DNA from: Escherichia coli
Lineage (GTDB): Bacteria; Pseudomonadota; Gammaproteobacteria; Enterobacterales; Enterobacteriaceae
NCBI RefSeq assembly: GCF_024223415.1
Contig: NZ_CP100500.1
Length of the DNA: 64,000 nt
Strand: one strand, 5' to 3'
Part shown: piece after piece, positions 63,227 to 64,000 of the stretch
Layout: every line of letters begins with the position of its first letter
Position numbering within the stretch: position 1 is the stretch's first letter
Translations under genes and position numbers: made by a program
Notes under the pieces: model-generated
The model's database searches: none
The model's input: only the letters and a program-made list of their open reading frames with translations
What the model was told of the DNA's origin: nothing

Positions 63227-63565
63227 GTGGAGCGGACAATCCAAATGGTGAATTACCGTCTTATATCACTGGCGCTGACAGGCTTTAACGGCCTGTCCTC
63301 AAAAGTTCAGAACGTCCTGAAGGATGACCCGTTCTCCGGGCATATCTTCGTCTTCCGGGGCCGCAGTGGCAAAATGGTGAAAATACTGTGGGCCGATCGT
63401 GATGGGTTATGCCTGTTCGCCAAACGCCTGGAACGGGGCCGCTTCATCTGGCCGGTGACCCGGGAAGGGAAAGTGCACCTGACGCCAGCTCAGTTATCCA
63501 TGCTACTGGAGGGGATCGCGTGGCAACATCCCAAACGGACAGAACGGCCTGGCATCCGGATATAA
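63227..63565 (+). pseudogene. IS66-family TnpB (orf2), probably 5'-truncated by IS100
   Basis: ...FNGLSSKVQNVLKDDPFSGHIFVFRGRSGKMVKILWADRDGLCLFAKRLERGRFIWP... matches IS66 TnpB core; N-terminal residues do not. Confidence 0.65.
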
Positions 63566-63584
63566 CCCGTTGCAAAGCGAGTAT

Positions 63585-64000
63585 ATGGACACCTCACTTG
63601 CTCATGAGAATCCCCGCCTGCGGGCACTGTTGCAGACGCAACAGGACACCATCCGCCAGATGGCTGAATACAACCGCCTGCTCTCACAGAGGGTGGCGGC
63701 TTATGCTTCTGAAATCAACCGGCTGAAGGCGCTGGTTGCGAAACTGCAACGTATGCATTTCGGTAAAAGCTCAGAAAAACTTCGCGCAAAAACCGAACGA
63801 CAGATACAGGAAGCACAGGAGAGAATCAGCACACTTCAGGAAGAAATGGCGGAAACGCTGGGTGAGCAATATGACCCGGTACTGCCATCCGCCGCCCTGC
63901 GTCAGTCTTCAGCCTGTAAACAGTTACCGGCCTCACTTCCCCGTGAAACCCGGGTTATCCGGCCAGAAGAGGAATGCTGTCCTGCCTGTGGTGGTGAACT
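63585..64000 (+). CDS. IS66-family transposase TnpC, 5' part (runs off window)
   Basis: MDTSLAHENPRLRALLQTQQDTIRQMAEYNRL...leucine-zipper-like N-terminus then CPACGGE zinc-finger start, typical of IS66 transposase; ORF open to window end. Confidence 0.75.
   Translation, partial: MDTSLAHENPRLRALLQTQQDTIRQMAEYNRLLSQRVAAYASEINRLKALVAKLQRMHFGKSSEKLRAKTERQIQEAQERISTLQEEMAETLGEQYDPVLPSAALRQSSACKQLPASLPRETRVIRPEEECCPACGGE

Overview
The window is Escherichia/Shigella-type chromosome in two parts. Positions 1-28372 are the conserved core segment rsgA-psd-mscM-yjeM-epmA-frdABCD-ampC-blc-gdx(sugE)-ecnBA-efp-epmB-yjeJ-yjeI-groLS-yjeH-fxsA-aspA-dcuA-cutA-dsbD-yjdC ending in tRNA-Phe (pheU-type), in inverted orientation relative to the K-12 map. 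Known regulatory elements are visible in it: frd terminator/ampC attenuator, guanidine-II riboswitch ahead of gdx, sigma-32 groE promoter, REP elements. From 28373 to the window end lies a horizontally acquired island inserted at the tRNA-Phe 3' end, opened by a P4-type integrase and heavily decayed by insertion sequences (IS2, IS630, IS100, IS66-, IS110- and IS3-family copies and fragments). The most interesting cargo is a 1171-aa single-polypeptide fusion of a Superfamily-1 (Upf1/DNA2-like) helicase with a C-terminal PLD-family HKD nuclease motif (31620-35135), a candidate stand-alone anti-phage/anti-plasmid defence gene with an intact IS2 200 bp upstream and a perfect operator-like palindrome in its leader. 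Other cargo: a sulfatase-family membrane protein with a MipA/OmpV-like outer-membrane protein, a Tat-exported PhoX-like phosphatase, remnants of a conjugative-element transfer module, an IrgA-homologue (Iha-like) TonB-dependent receptor with a Fur box, a small secreted NTF2-like gene interrupted at two homopolymer tracts, and an isolated AmiC-like amidase. All calls come from reading the sequence and recalled protein families and motifs; no database search was run, and coordinates of starts and element ends may be off by a few bases.
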